Origin: Antedon mediterranea
Lineage: Eukaryota > Animalia > Echinodermata
DNA length: 64,000 nucleotides
NCBI RefSeq assembly: GCF_964355755.1
Contig: NC_092672.1
Coordinates: 9,920,001 to 9,984,000 of the forward strand
Direction: 5' to 3'
Shown: one piece after another, positions 49,751 to 62,746 of the stretch
Layout of the letters: every line of letters starts with the position of its first letter
How positions within the stretch are numbered: position 1 is the stretch's first letter
Notes under the pieces: generated by a model
What the model saw: the letters and a program-made list of their open reading frames with translations, nothing else
The model's database searches: none
What the model was told of the DNA's origin: nothing
Translations under genes and position numbers: made by a program

Positions 49751-50983
49751 ATTTTATTAAATCTTTGGATACAGTTCATGTATTCGTAAATCCATTACAA
49801 GTTGGCATGATAGCGCCACCATTGTTATGTTACCTAAAACCTGGAAAAATACAAAACAAAATCTGTTAAAACTCTGCTGTTGTAGTTGTAAACTTTATTG
49901 CATAATATCTTGTTTTTTATTTTCAATATAGTATCACGTTATTATACACATTATATCGATATTTGTATCTGCGTATAGAATTTGATACATGCGGTGTTAA
50001 ATTCCACGTAAGGATATTATGTGTTAAAGCTGAGCTTAAAACACTGTTTACTTTGGTTCATATCAAACAAAATACGCCCAAAATAGTTAATAATATAATG
50101 AAAACCACAGTTTGTACCTGGCCTCTGGTAAGTAATTCGCATAAACGCATTAGCATATCTGCTGAAATGCTAAATCATTGATTAACATGCCTGATACAGG
50201 AATTTCATATACTCTCTAACTCTATTATGATTTATTTCACATGCAATTCATTATTTTAAAGAGTAACCGTTTTATGAAGCGAGTCGTCAGTTGACTTGTT
50301 TTTTATATTAACCTTTGAACTCGCATTAATTCAAAATTGATATGCTCAACTGTTCGTATGAAATAACGAATGAATACATGTGTAGTGTGTTACTGCCATT
50401 TGGTGCTACGTGATGTGTGTACGCACGACGTGTTTGTCGTAGTATGTTATGTTAGCGACGTTGGCGATGCAAGTTGTAAAATTAACATTTTACAGAACAA
50501 ACCCATTAGTTTATCAAGTTAATTTAGAAATGGTCGAACTGTTAATATGAACAGTGATTTCTATAAGTTAATATGTAATTAATTATATGTATAGGATAAT
50601 GTGAACAATAATGGTGTTTGAATGGAAGTTTTCAGAGAAAATGGTAATTGATCAGTTTACCCCCTCTATACTGTAGATGCAAACTTAAAAGACTTAAATG
50701 GTAGATATTTTAGCACACGTTCATACTATCTCACTTAATTCTCACTTAATAAATCGATACTTATCCAAATATTGTTCAATGAAGATATACCAAAGAAGAG
50801 GACATGATTATAGACTATACAGTTTGTTCTTAGTACATTTATGATATGATTATGTGGTTGAAACAAGAACACTAAAACTCAAAAAGTTATTGGCTCATAA
50901 TTATTATGTTGTCGGAAGGTTGTGAGGCAGCTGTTGCCAGAAAATCGTGTGTCGACGATAGAAACATTTTGTTTTCTTACGTA

Positions 50984-51214
50984 CGGGGCGCCGTTTTGAG
51001 AAATGTATAATTTATGTTGGATGTTTGCCTATAGAATTGTATCTTGTAAATAATTGTCTATGCTTACAGAACTATTTAAAAGTAAACATTCTGTCTATTA
51101 TAATTATTTCATAACATAATTGCTTCTCAAACTACAGAATTTCTGCAAAGTAAAACTTGTGTATACACAACAACTCGATTGTAACATAATTATACATGTG
51201 CAAACGGCGCCCCG
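50984..51214. mobile_element. 231-bp MITE with TA target-site duplication (Tc1/mariner-type)
   Basis: TA-CGGGGCGCCGTTT ... AAACGGCGCCCCG-TA: perfect 13-bp TIRs (16 bp counting the flanks). Confidence 0.8.
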
Positions 51215-54200
51215 TACTTAAAGGTATCATTGATTGAATTTGGTAAAATCCATGAACTTATGACATAATAAGCGCGAAAACTGGTAGAATTGTTTACGTC
51301 TCAACTTTACATAATAATACACCTCTCTGCTATCCAATTACTCATTATGAATTAGGTGAAATTGTTGTTTATTTTAGGAAATAGGTATAATCAATACATT
51401 TATCTTATGTCATCAGTGACGTCTTTTAATAAAAAAAAACTGAAAATGACGATTTTTGGAATGATTAACATTGAACTTCACTTGTGACTAAATTCGATTT
51501 CTATTGGTGAGCCGTTGTGTCATTAATGTGATGTGTAGGCCTATTTAGATTCTCTGTTGAAACTATTATGTCATGTATGGATATTTTTAGACCTTTAATG
51601 CAACTGTGTGATCACAGTGCAAGAATGACTTGTCTTCTTTGTCAATAATACATCATTAACTTTTAAAAAGCGTCAAACTATCGTATTGCGAATTATGGTA
51701 TAGTGAACATTAACGTATATTAAATGAATTAAATAATATTTATAGATAAAAAACAGGTTTTATTAAATTATATTGCCTTTTATAACATCATTTTTATTAT
51801 ACTTAATTTATTTTGATTTATGGTTAGCGTCATCAAGTACTAACGTACTGGAATAGGGCATGATTTGTTATTATTTTACACAATAGGCCTAGTAATAAGT
51901 TAACTCTTCTCTGATAATATAAAGTATCGTAATATTGTTAGTCTCATTTGTCGGAAATGAGTGTTTTATCTTACGGGAATAACCCACCCCTTTTTTCTTT
52001 TATTTTTTTTAAACAATATCAATTAAAAATTATCTTTAAAAAGATAGGTTAAATATACAATGGTTTTCATATCGTGTCTAATATGGACATTAATTAATTA
52101 ATTCATTAATTTTTTTTTTTAAACATACTATTTATATTCCATTTAAAATTTTATTCATTATATTTGATTAAAAACATCCCATCGTATTTCGACTAATCGA
52201 TTTATATACAGTCATTTGCCTTCTTGGGAATTGAAAGTTATCGAGTCACTAATTAACGTAAATAAATGTTTATAAAAAATAGATTTAGCCTACATTTTGA
52301 TTTGCATATTAAAAAATACGCGCGCGTTTTGTGTGTAATATGCGCAGATAGCAGTTATCAATAGGTATATATAATGATCTGTAAATATAATACCAACTGA
52401 GAGAAAGTTAGGAAAATACCTATTTTAATGTAATCTGCTTTATTTGGAATAAATACAGCTATTATACGTAAATGATTGTTAACCACAGGAAATAAACTAG
52501 TTGAGGATTGTAAATTTATGTAATTGCTGCTGAGTTTTAAACAGTAATTGTCTATTGAAAGATGGTAAAATAGACTTAATGATAATGTCGATAATAAGCG
52601 TCTACACACTGTAGACAGGCTGTGAAACGTGTCAGAGTCAACTACCATCTTCACACTTTACTGTATACATGTTCCCCTGGCACTCGTTAACGCAATTATC
52701 TCACTGTGTCTCTGGTTAATTGTATTGATGTATGACACGCTCCGACGGACATTAATACCGCCAGAAGTTATCTATGTATTTGTTCCGTCATTGGAAATAT
52801 AATGATTATGTCCACGTTGGCGTTTCATGATGTTACGGCGTGTCCTACATCTCTTCAATGTAAACTTCCATTAACAAATGAAAGTGTGCTGTTAATTCTT
52901 TAGAATAACATTCGTTACTCTAAACGACAAGGAAAGCCTAATATAGTGGATCAATCATAATAACATAAAAATGTTTCCTGGAACAGAAAGAAAACTGTGT
53001 AAAATGTTAAATGTAACGATTTAAGAAGGGAAAAGCAATTGGCAAAATTAACAATTCACACAAACAAAATTATTAACTTTAGTTTAACAAAAAAAGTTAC
53101 TGGTAAACAGTGATAATGGGAAACCTTAATTGAAATTATAATTTCTATAATAACATAATTGTTTATTTTTACCTCCATTGTTTAACTAAACCGCCCTCTA
53201 TACGAGGCAAATAATTAACCGCGACGTCGTCTCTAAATTGTAAACTTTTCATTTCATTGCCCCTTGTTTTAATATGCAATACAGTTACAAACCCGTGTAA
53301 AAAACTTACAATCCCCATAAAGTATTGTACATATGAACACATTTTATTTCAATTAAAAACTGAACTTAAATGAAGAGAACATGTGTGTATTAAAGTAACA
53401 CCGTGCAGGTGGAGAGAAAGCCAACATCTTGCACAAACTGTTTTAAATTCTCCACTTCTCTCCAAATCTACGATAATCGAAAATATGTCAAGAATAATTG
53501 CGAAATATTTAACAAAACTTTTCGAAAATTTAATTTGCCTTTAAAATAAAAATATCAGGAATGATTTGCTTTGTGATATAGTTTCCGCTGTATAGACATT
53601 ACAAAAATAAGCGCCCCCAACGTTTAATTAGGATTCTATACTCCCCACATAGACATAATGTTCGCCGTTTCTATATCTATTCCTTTAACTGTAAATTAAT
53701 TAAGAAAGCATGCTCTTTTTTTCGGTACGAATCTAACCCAAAGGTGTTATTAAGCTACAAACTTCATTATTCCACTATATCGATCCAAATATTCAAACTA
53801 TAAGTGATTCTTCAATTACATATGGCGCGAGGCTATTATTTAAATTCACCTTTAATGTATGTTGGATTGAAAGTTTCTTTTAAATAGAATAATACATTCA
53901 CAAAGATCATCTTTACTTGTGCATTATTGTTTATTAACTATAAGTAACTTCATTTACATGAATACTCGTTAATATAATTCATTATTTAAGCAGATATGTT
54001 ACGTTGATTGTTGTTAACAATTGGACGTAATATATACATCGTACTTTAAATACCACATTTAACGCCATTATGCCAGTACTTTCTATATTTTGCTGCTGGG
54101 TTCTGTTGCTTCTTAGTTATGTAAATATTGATAGAACGTTTATGTTATGATATGCCATGATAACGTATGATATAGCAAGGACATTACATGACCTCAGTAA

Positions 54201-54372
54201 TTCAGCCCTCAACGGTACCAAGCGGGCGCGCCGTGAAGTTACACGCGATGAACCCATGTACTCATTTGTATTAGGCTATACAAACGTACGTCCACCGTCC
54301 ATAACTAAGGCAGTGTGATTACTCGATTACTAGGAACAATCAAGTTTTCAAAAATGTTTGCCCGTGCGTTAA

Positions 54373-54732
54373 AGGACACACGAGATTTACGAATTTCTAG
54401 TAAACACACTTTTTAAATAAATCGTTAACAATATAATTGTTTCTTTTGCCTTTCTGGATATTGAAGTGTTTTTCAAAATACATTTTGAAATATTTAGGCC
54501 TAATACAAGTCAAATTAGCAATTGAAGTGACAGTACCTACCTCTTGTATGTTAACAACAGTGAAAACTCATGAGGTAGATTTTGCCATGCACTTGTGAGG
54601 TCACATCAATTTACGGCGACGGCTTTACGGCAAGCGCGTTCGGCGATATCGCAAATCTCGCAATTGTTCTGAAATCATTTGTACATCCCTAATACGTTAT
54701 TAAAATAATATGGTTCTCGGTAAAGTTTTCCT
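54373..54732. mobile_element. Possible Kolobok-type non-autonomous element (TTAA flanks, AGG...CCT ends)
   Basis: TTAA-AGGACACACGAGA ... TCTCGGTAAAGTTTTCCT-TTAA. The TIR match is short and gapped. Confidence 0.35.
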
Positions 54733-55948
54733 TTAAGTAGACGATAAACAAATGGTTAGGTTCAGAATCAAAGGCAAAACAGATAATCATATCTCGCAAA
54801 ACGAAATCACAATTTCGTTTTGTAAGTTCCCTTTTTACTGTAGTAATAAGATTTATAATAAGATTAATGCATCAGGTATTTCAAATCATATGAATTTTTT
54901 TCATGTTACATTTAGAAATATAATTTAAATGTATGCGTGTGATGTAAATATTCTTTAGTTCCAATAGTTTCAGACAAGCGTCAAAGCGAGTGCCTTTATT
55001 ATCAATAAAAATAATCCAAACGGTAAAAAAGGAGCTCAAATATACAGACTTATATTAACGCATCGTGTTATCAAGAAACATTTCTAAGTATAAATTTTCA
55101 CTTGGATTATTTGGAATGTTGAGGGCGATATTACAATTTAATACGTTTTCGAATGACAAGTTATGCTATCAATGTTTTTAGCCGGTTCCTGCAATTCAGT
55201 ATTTATATTGCCTGCTTCTGCTTTTTGCATTTTATTCCGTTGGGGATCTTTCTATTATATTGCTATATATTCGTCCAAATGACACATTTTATGATAAATA
55301 TGCGAAAGGTTTCTGCTTACATTACGTTGTTTCAGTTCAGTTGTTGTAATTTATCAATGTTTTCACAACTCCATACAATCGAACTACAGCAAAATGCTTA
55401 TATGCTAAGTGTAGACTGGCAATTGAGAAAATTCATACAAATTAATTCTGTACTGTAATACGATAGGCGAACGACTTACAAATACGTTTATCAAGAGAAA
55501 TAAACACTCATCCTACCAGAGATAATCGATACTTACCTGATACACTATACACCCGTAAGGAACTTAAATTGACTCAAATGCTTGCCGTGCAAATAGGCAT
55601 GTAACCCGATACATGCAATTATATTGACAATGCTTGAAAGTGAAAGCATCTATCTAGTGTATCGTAATTTCACTTGATCCGTATAGAATAAATTTTATTA
55701 AGATACATATAATTGAAATGAAATCCGACAAAGTTTAAACAGAAGTTTACACTTAATGATTATTTACGTAACGTAAATATTTCATTACTTATTATACAAA
55801 TAGATTCACAACTTCGGTATGTGTATCTTTTTAATTACAATTTTATTGAACTTTTGTGTCCCCCTCGCAGTAAGAACTCCGACATGCCTCCACATCGCCG
55901 CTTAAGATACGTCGGTGTGTGTAGGCCTATTATGGATTGATGGATTTA

Positions 55949-56284
55949 AGTTGGTTCCCATTTGGGAGCAATGTAATGATGTAAGCGCAAAGTAAGCAAT
56001 TTGATCAATCACGACACGACGAATCATCCAAACTGTCGCTTGTGAATAGTTTTAACTTAAGCGTGGTTCCCACTAGCGACGCAACACAAGGACGTAACGC
56101 AACGCAAGTGAATTGACCAATCACAAGCGATGGCTTATTCGCTTGTGATTGCTAACTGTCTATAACTTCGCTTGTCATTGGTTAAAACGTTTACGTTGCG
56201 TTTACGTCCTTGCGGTACGTTCTAGTGGGAACCAAGCTTTACTTGCGTTGCGCCTACGTCGTTGCGTTGCGCGGAGACCAAGCT
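55949..56284 (+). mobile_element. Older MITE interrupted by a young related MITE (56060-56238) with a perfect TTA TSD
   Basis: The inner element is nearly identical to 20006-20185 and is flanked by TTA at 56057-56059 and 56239-56241. The outer halves rejoin as ...TTTAAC-TTA-CTTGCGTTGCG..., with ends AGTTGGTTCCCA / GGAGACCAAGCT. Confidence 0.9.
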
Positions 56285-57579
56285 TAGTATTGTTAGATGT
56301 GCCTATGTTTGTGCGGTCGTAAACATGATTGAAATGTGTTGTAGCAACCCTTATGTACGCACAGCATCTTGAAATATTTCTAATTTCGTGTCATCCCTAG
56401 AAAAGAAATTCATATCGAACCGTTGGCGGTGCATGAGTTGAAAACATGGAAAAGCATTTCACTTATGATATATTCCTATGGGGATCGATATACCTTCCAA
56501 AATTACACGTTCATTAATTAAGTTAATAATAACAGGATTACTTCACATTTACTGGCAAACAATCCAATTTATCGTTCGGAATTTAGGAGATTAGAAAGAA
56601 ACATATCTAAATCTCACGTTAAAAATGGAATGAATTATCATATCCCTGAATTTTTATTTTCTACGATTAAGTATTAGTACATGTTGTAAATTGTTTTTGT
56701 CAGTCATTTCGCCAATAAAATCATTGATCAAAAGTTTGAAAAAGTAAAAGACATGTAACGTTATTATAACAATGCTAATGTATGTTTTCTATATTGTTTA
56801 TAAACTTTCCATAGCGCCCTCTAATAATTACTCACCAATATCACCTGCACGCGCGATGGTCATAATGTTTTTCTTGATGACGCCCTCAATCGACAGTGAC
56901 TTCAAATTTCTGTCCATTTTGCTCTCACATCACGTACATAACGTAACATAAAATATCTAAGTTGTACGTGTATGTTTTTTATTATTACACAAGTCTATCT
57001 AGATTACCAACAAATCTTACCTGAAATTTACTATGACCCTTTGAAACCTTGGATATAGGACAAATGCATGTGTTTGGTCAAGTTAGGGTATTGCCATTTT
57101 CCTAATATTTTTTTTTATTTCATCGATGTATATTGTGAAGTATATGTGATTGGTTTAGATATTGACGTATATCAGTTATATGTCCACATTGCCAAAACTT
57201 TTGACATTTATGGTAATATTATGTCTTTAAATTTCAAGAATATGTCCGAGTGTAACGCCTGGCATTTAATTACATCAATCATGTCATGTCTTTTTCACAT
57301 TGAATATATTTTCTTTTCGTTAAAGTTTACGCCTGTCAAACTAAACTATCTTCCTGTTAATAAGGTGATTTTATAGAACCATTAGTTCCAAATAAACCTA
57401 TTTTTGTTTAATTAAAATAAACCACATTGAATGAGGTTTAATTAATTAATACAAACTAATTGGATAAATTAAAACCAGAACTTAGCAATTTATTTACATA
57501 AATTAGCACACTGTAATAAAACGTCTTGTTAAATTATCATAACTTTAAAAAAGGAAAAACAAAACTACTATTTTTTAAT

Positions 57580-57620
57580 ATTAGTGCACGGACCCCTAAT
57601 TTATAGGTCCATGATTAGTT
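57580..57620. mobile_element. Excision footprint (CACGGACC...GGTCCATG) with 7-bp near-perfect direct repeat
   Basis: ATTAGTG-CACGGACCcctaatttataGGTCCATG-ATTAGTT. Confidence 0.6.
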
Positions 57621-57884
57621 TGTTTTGCAGAATTCATAACCGTACTGAATAAAACTTAGTATTTTATTGATGATCAAGTAAATAAAAAACTAATTAAATA
57701 ATGAAAAAAATTCATGTACTTCATGTCAATTGGCTAATTGAAAATGGAAGTAGTATCGAAAACTGTGCAGACGTATTATATAATATCATTATTGCGGACT
57801 GAAAATTTAGGCCTACACGTATTGCTTCAGATAGAACCAAAGACTAGCGACTACAATTTGAAGCAATGTGTATGCTTAATCTAT

Positions 57885-57967
57885 TTCTAAACGATCTAAC
57901 TTTATGTGACAAATCTGATGTGCCCATGGACATGAGGATGTCATTACTACCATATGTGGGTACATCG
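57885..57967 (-). mobile_element. Decayed fragment of the 46488-46798 MITE family
   Basis: AACTTTATGTGACAAATCTGATGTGCCCAT.GGACATGAGGATGTCAT.ACTACCATATGTGGG.ACATC matches the family interior in reverse. Confidence 0.6.
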
Positions 57968-58700
57968 AATTGTAACTTCTCGGTCTACCCCAATTTCTTA
58001 ATACCTTTTTATATTATTTGACTAATGACTCGTGATTCCTATTAAAGCAAATTATTGAAATTAGCAACACTTGTCTGGCTCATTGCCATGTCCGAAAATC
58101 TTCTATCGATTTCATTAAAAAAGAAACAAAAACAACAACAAAAACAAAAATCAACCAAATGATACATACAACCAGTTGATACAACTGTGTAATCTCCTTA
58201 ATAAAATTAAAATTTGCAAATGTCGGTCGCTTTTAGATTATAATTGTACTAATATAATTCGCTAACTAAAGACTATTAACTTCAATTAAGTATTGCAAAT
58301 GTCAATTGATAAGTATTATTACGTCTAAAATTATGTTGAAATTCAGATGTATTTCTTTAAAGAGAATCAGTTTACCTCAAGGGAAAATAATTAACCATAA
58401 AATGATATTTGTAATGTGCTGAATGTTCAAGCTACGTTATCATATACATTTGGAATTTGGAGCTTGATATCACATTTTCATAGAGAAAAAGATAGATTGT
58501 TGAATTATTATTCCAACGCATCCGGGGAGGTGGACGTCTTTAAGAAAAAAAATAAAAAATATAGCGCAAATTCCAAAAAGATGATCAAAGACCCATTGTA
58601 TCCTGAAATTTGCTAACAAAATGAATGAGTTTTTAAATGAATGTTAAATGAGTAAAAAGTGGGTGAAAGTTTTACAAAAGGTTGAAGTTCGTACCAAATA

Positions 58701-58960
58701 GAAGATGCAGCAAAGAAAAGAAGCGTCCACCTCGATGGAAGATGCAGCAAAGAAAAGAAGCGTCCACCTCGATGGAAGATGCAGCAAAGAATAGAAGCGT
58801 CCACCTCGATGGAAGATGCAGCAAAGAAAAGAAGCGTCCACCTCGATGGAAGATGCAGCAAAGAAAAGAAGCGTCCACCTCGATGGAAGATGCAGCAAAG
58901 AAAAGAAGCGTCCACCTCAATGGAAGATGCAGCAAAAGAAAAGAAGCGTCCACCTCGATG
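58701..58960 (+). repeat. 37-bp minisatellite, 7 near-identical copies (GAAGATGCAGCAAAGAAAAGAAGCGTCCACCTCGATG)
   Basis: Units start at 58701, 58738, 58775, 58812, 58849, 58886 and 58923. The array explains the six overlapping ORFs at 58613-59124. Confidence 0.97.
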
Positions 58961-60891
58961 CTGTATACGAGAATGAGATATTTCACAGTTTTTTAGCTTT
59001 TAATTCTGCTGAGTTCGGTGTAGAAAAGGTTAAACATATTGTATTTGTTTTAGTGAAAAGCTGTATCTCCATAAGACGACAATATTTACCCAGTATATTT
59101 GACCTATTATGGTTATCATTTTAAATTATTCCTCGTAATTTAAGTGTTTCTGAGTTATTGCATTTGCCTTTGTTTCTGTTAACCATGCTGTAAGTGGCAG
59201 ATGTGTTTCTGCTGTTGTTTTTGGTTGAAAACAAATAATAATGAAAAAATATATATATACAGAATGTAATGTATATGACATGTTGCATGTATCATGGTTA
59301 GGTCTTAGAGGTTATGGTCTTTGATATACTTTGATATGTGAAGTATCAGTACGCACACGGTACGAAAACGATAACGGTAGATGATTTAAATTATGTATGG
59401 GCAAAATCATTACATTTTTACTTAACTGCTTATGTTGTATTTAATATCTATCGTACCTTGTTCTCTTTTTTTTTGCGAGTACAACGTGTTTAGCCGTACG
59501 GCTAATTCTTGTAATTTTAGTATGTTATACCCCAACAAATAAATAAATTAGAGTTAAAATAATATTAAAAGCTTAAGAATGTAATTTGAATTAATTCAGA
59601 AATATTAAAAAAAAGATCCTTTATTTGGCAACGGTTTACAGTTTTTATTTTCAAGAAAGAAGTGTGACTCTTTGTGACTGCAATATTATTATTTTATAAA
59701 TCGTATGATACAATCTAATAATAGTGTTTATTGGCAAAATTGTTCTGTAACAAACATCAACATGTGATTATTGCGTTTGGGTAAACTGATGTTTAACAGT
59801 AATGATAAAGTAATGGAACGGTGAACAGCCTTCTTGGCTGTTATTAATCGAAATAAAGTATGTTACATACGAACATTTCATTTATTGCTTTTAGTTGAAC
59901 TGGAATGCTAAAGGAGAGCATTGCGGTGATATTGTATATATTATTAAGTAATACACTACCTCGTTTTGAAAGTTGAAAACATATTACCATTCATTACCAA
60001 TTCATTTAGAAAAGAAAATAAATCCTAACAAATCCGTATATATGATATGTATTTATTATGAAAACCTTGAAATTAAAGAAACTTAAAAACTATTGTTTTA
60101 GGCCTAAAATTATGAAAAAACAAATCGAAGAAAAAAACCATTATTTTATAAATAATAAATCGGCTTATCAAAATAACTATTATTCCAAACGCAATTAATT
60201 TTAATTTGTACCGGTAGTAATTTAATTATTTAGTATATTTTTTTCTAATTTCGTAATATGCCAATGTTCGATATTCAAATTTACATTTAAGTTAACCTAT
60301 CTAACTTATAGGGTATGGTTTGTCATTAAGATTATTATATATTAACCTTACCAGTAATTATGAAATTTGATGACTTTTCATGTTTAATTAAAACACCCTT
60401 CTTTTTGTATACTAACTTCTGGCGAAAATTCATGACGAAACGGTTTATATTCATCGTTCGTCAAAGTAACGGATATGAGCAATGGTAATGAACGCCTTAT
60501 GCTGTAATGTATACACAAAGTGAAACAGACATGACATTAAAGAATCAGTAAAAAACTTATTGGTTCTTGAGGCAGGATTAGAATTTTTCCAACTGCCTTT
60601 AATGCGTTTTAAACGTTTGATGACATTTTAACATGTTGAAAATGTCCACGATTCTGAATAAACATACTTCAAGTGGAGTTGAGACCTGGGTTCAAATTAT
60701 GTCACGGTGTTGTGTTCAACACCATTCAAAAGACGTGTGTACGATTTTTTTAGAAAATGTTGTGTTTCTTTAACATGCAAACAGGACAGTGATTTCTCAC
60801 GCTTCCCGGGCCGTGTGCCAACGAGTAAATTGTTGTAATTGACGGTTATGGTATTGCACTGTATGTTTGGATAATTTTAATAAAACAGGGA

Positions 60892-60999
60892 TTTTTAGTC
60901 GCGTGCTACGTGACTCTACAGCTCGCCATGTCGGTCGGTTGGTCGGTCGCTCGGTCGGTATGGTAAACACTAACTCAACTCCATGTATATGGCCTTGTT
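60892..60999 (+). mobile_element. Short Helentron-associated (HINE/DINE-1-like) element
   Basis: 5' TTTTTAGTCGCGTGCTACGTGACT (short inverted repeat), a (GTCG/GTTG)n microsatellite, a 3' hairpin CCATGTATATGG and a CTTGTT end. This is the DINE-1/HINE architecture. Confidence 0.75.
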
Positions 61000-61297
61000 A
61001 CTTGTTAATTTGTTAACAATACGCAGTAAAGTAGATTTAATTATAGTTTTTGTATACGGCAATATGTAGGCTTGATGTGGTTGATATTACTAAAGTACGA
61101 AGTTTCTTAACATTGGAAATGGATTGTAATAGTTAATGACGTAATTAAACTAAATAATGTTTATTAAATGGACTGTCATCATTATGTCTATAAGTTAACT
61201 AAGTTCGTCATTTAGCCAATGGAGCAACATGTTCTGAGTCTTACTATAATGAACAAGACTTTTTATATGGCATAATGGTATCTACAGTGTCGTTTTT

Positions 61298-61379
61298 TCT
61301 ACAGCTCACTATGTCGGTCGGTTGGTAAACCCTAACTCAATTGTGCGCACGCGACTGCAGCCATGTATATGGCCTCGTT
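61298..61379 (+). mobile_element. 5'-truncated copy of the same HINE-like element
   Basis: TCTACAGCTCACTATGTCGGTCGGTTGGTAAAC.CTAACTCAA...CACGCGACTGCAGCCATGTATATGGCCTCGTT. It retains the sub-terminal ACGCGACT inverted repeat. Confidence 0.75.
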
Positions 61380-62713
61380 CTTTAAACAGACTTATAAATA
61401 AAAAATAAATAAATAAAGAAAAAGTAACCCGTTGCAGGCACCTGTGTAGCTTTAATGTTGGGCTCAATCAAAATAATCAGACAGATTATAAACGAGGGAA
61501 AGTGAAAAATACTTACAAAAATAAATAAATGTACAATAATTTAAATCAGTTAACCTATACAATAACGGTAACGCATCATAACAATTTTACTTCTACTTTC
61601 AAACTGCCGAAAAAAAAAGGTTTTATGAAAAAGACAGCATTTTTAAGGCAATACAAAAAAAAATACTATGCAAAATAACGAAAGTATATGTCTGAATAAT
61701 TTTTTACGAGATTTGATCAATGTTTAGAGTAGAAAACAAGACTTTTTGAGAAAAAAAGTTTAATCCATGTAAAAATGTTTGATTGATGTATTGATATTGC
61801 GATATTTCGTTTCAAGAAGAAGAATGCGCAGTTATTTAAGGTGCGCGGGTAAACTTTTGTCTCGACATCTCGAAGAATATCATGTAGCGTTAAACGAATT
61901 TATTGTAATGTCTTCAAAGACAAATCATCGCGCTCATGCTTCTCAATTGTGATGTATAAAAAAAAATATGTCGGTCAATGAATTCATGTTACTCTTTAGC
62001 TAAATAAATACGCTGAACGCACAAACAACAAACAACAAAATAGTAAGCTTTCGTGTCTTACGCCCTCTATATTTGAAGCATTCTTGTCAAGACACTTGTA
62101 TCACTCAGTGTACTGGATATTGATTTTAACAACAGATAGTTACCAGAATGAGCATCTCCCACAAGACTAAAACGCATTACCATTTCTCGTCACTCGTGAA
62201 ACATTTCTTGAGTATTTATTGTTTTATAATAAAATGAAAGTATGTTGCATCAATAATATAATCATAAACATAAATTATTACTCTGAAACACTTTTTACTG
62301 TTTTGTATTATTATAAAGGCATATTTTGTGAAAAGAAACTTAGATTTAAAACATAAGATAAGTGATTTTAATCGTAAATATTAAAGATGTGTTTATTATA
62401 CGTTTACCAATACTAATCGGAGGCTGCTTTCGTAAGTGTATGTGCACCCAATATGCCATATTATGCTATTCGATTTCCGTAATGATGTGTTTTGACATGT
62501 ATAGGCCTCCGTAAGGTAAAGTACATTATTTACCGTTTTTTAGAGCAAATATAACATGAATTTAAAAGTTATGAGTTCCTCAAATAAAAACAGTCAGTAC
62601 GGTTCTGTTAACAATACTGTGATTATTTTAAGCGTGACGGGTCAACGAAATCTGCGTATTGTAATGTGTACAGGAGGCGCGCCCTCTCACGAATAACAAT
62701 GTGTACTTGAATC

Positions 62714-62746
62714 ATTGGTCCAGAGAGTACAGCTCCCTGCTTGGTC
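62714..62746. mobile_element. Excision footprint (CAGAGAG...CTCCCTG) with 7-bp near-perfect direct repeat
   Basis: ATTGGTC-CAGAGAGTACAGCTCCCTG-CTTGGTC. It belongs to the same CAGGGAG TIR family as 6550-6569. Confidence 0.6.

Noticed and set aside
57016-57030. Minus-strand TTTCAG|GTAAG (and TATCAG|GTAAGT near 55531; plus-strand TTTTTCAG|GTAAAA at 41181-41194) as recursive splice sites
   Set aside because: Polypyrimidine tracts or donors are weak, the best matches are on the strand opposite the only supported gene, and the count is compatible with chance.
58701-58960. 37-bp repeats of CRISPR-like length
   Set aside because: The repeats are contiguous with no unique spacers, there are no cas genes, and the context is eukaryotic.
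58613-59124. Six overlapping ORFs of 65-104 aa
   Set aside because: They are all by-products of the stop-free 37-bp repeat, with no supporting splice sites or domain similarity.
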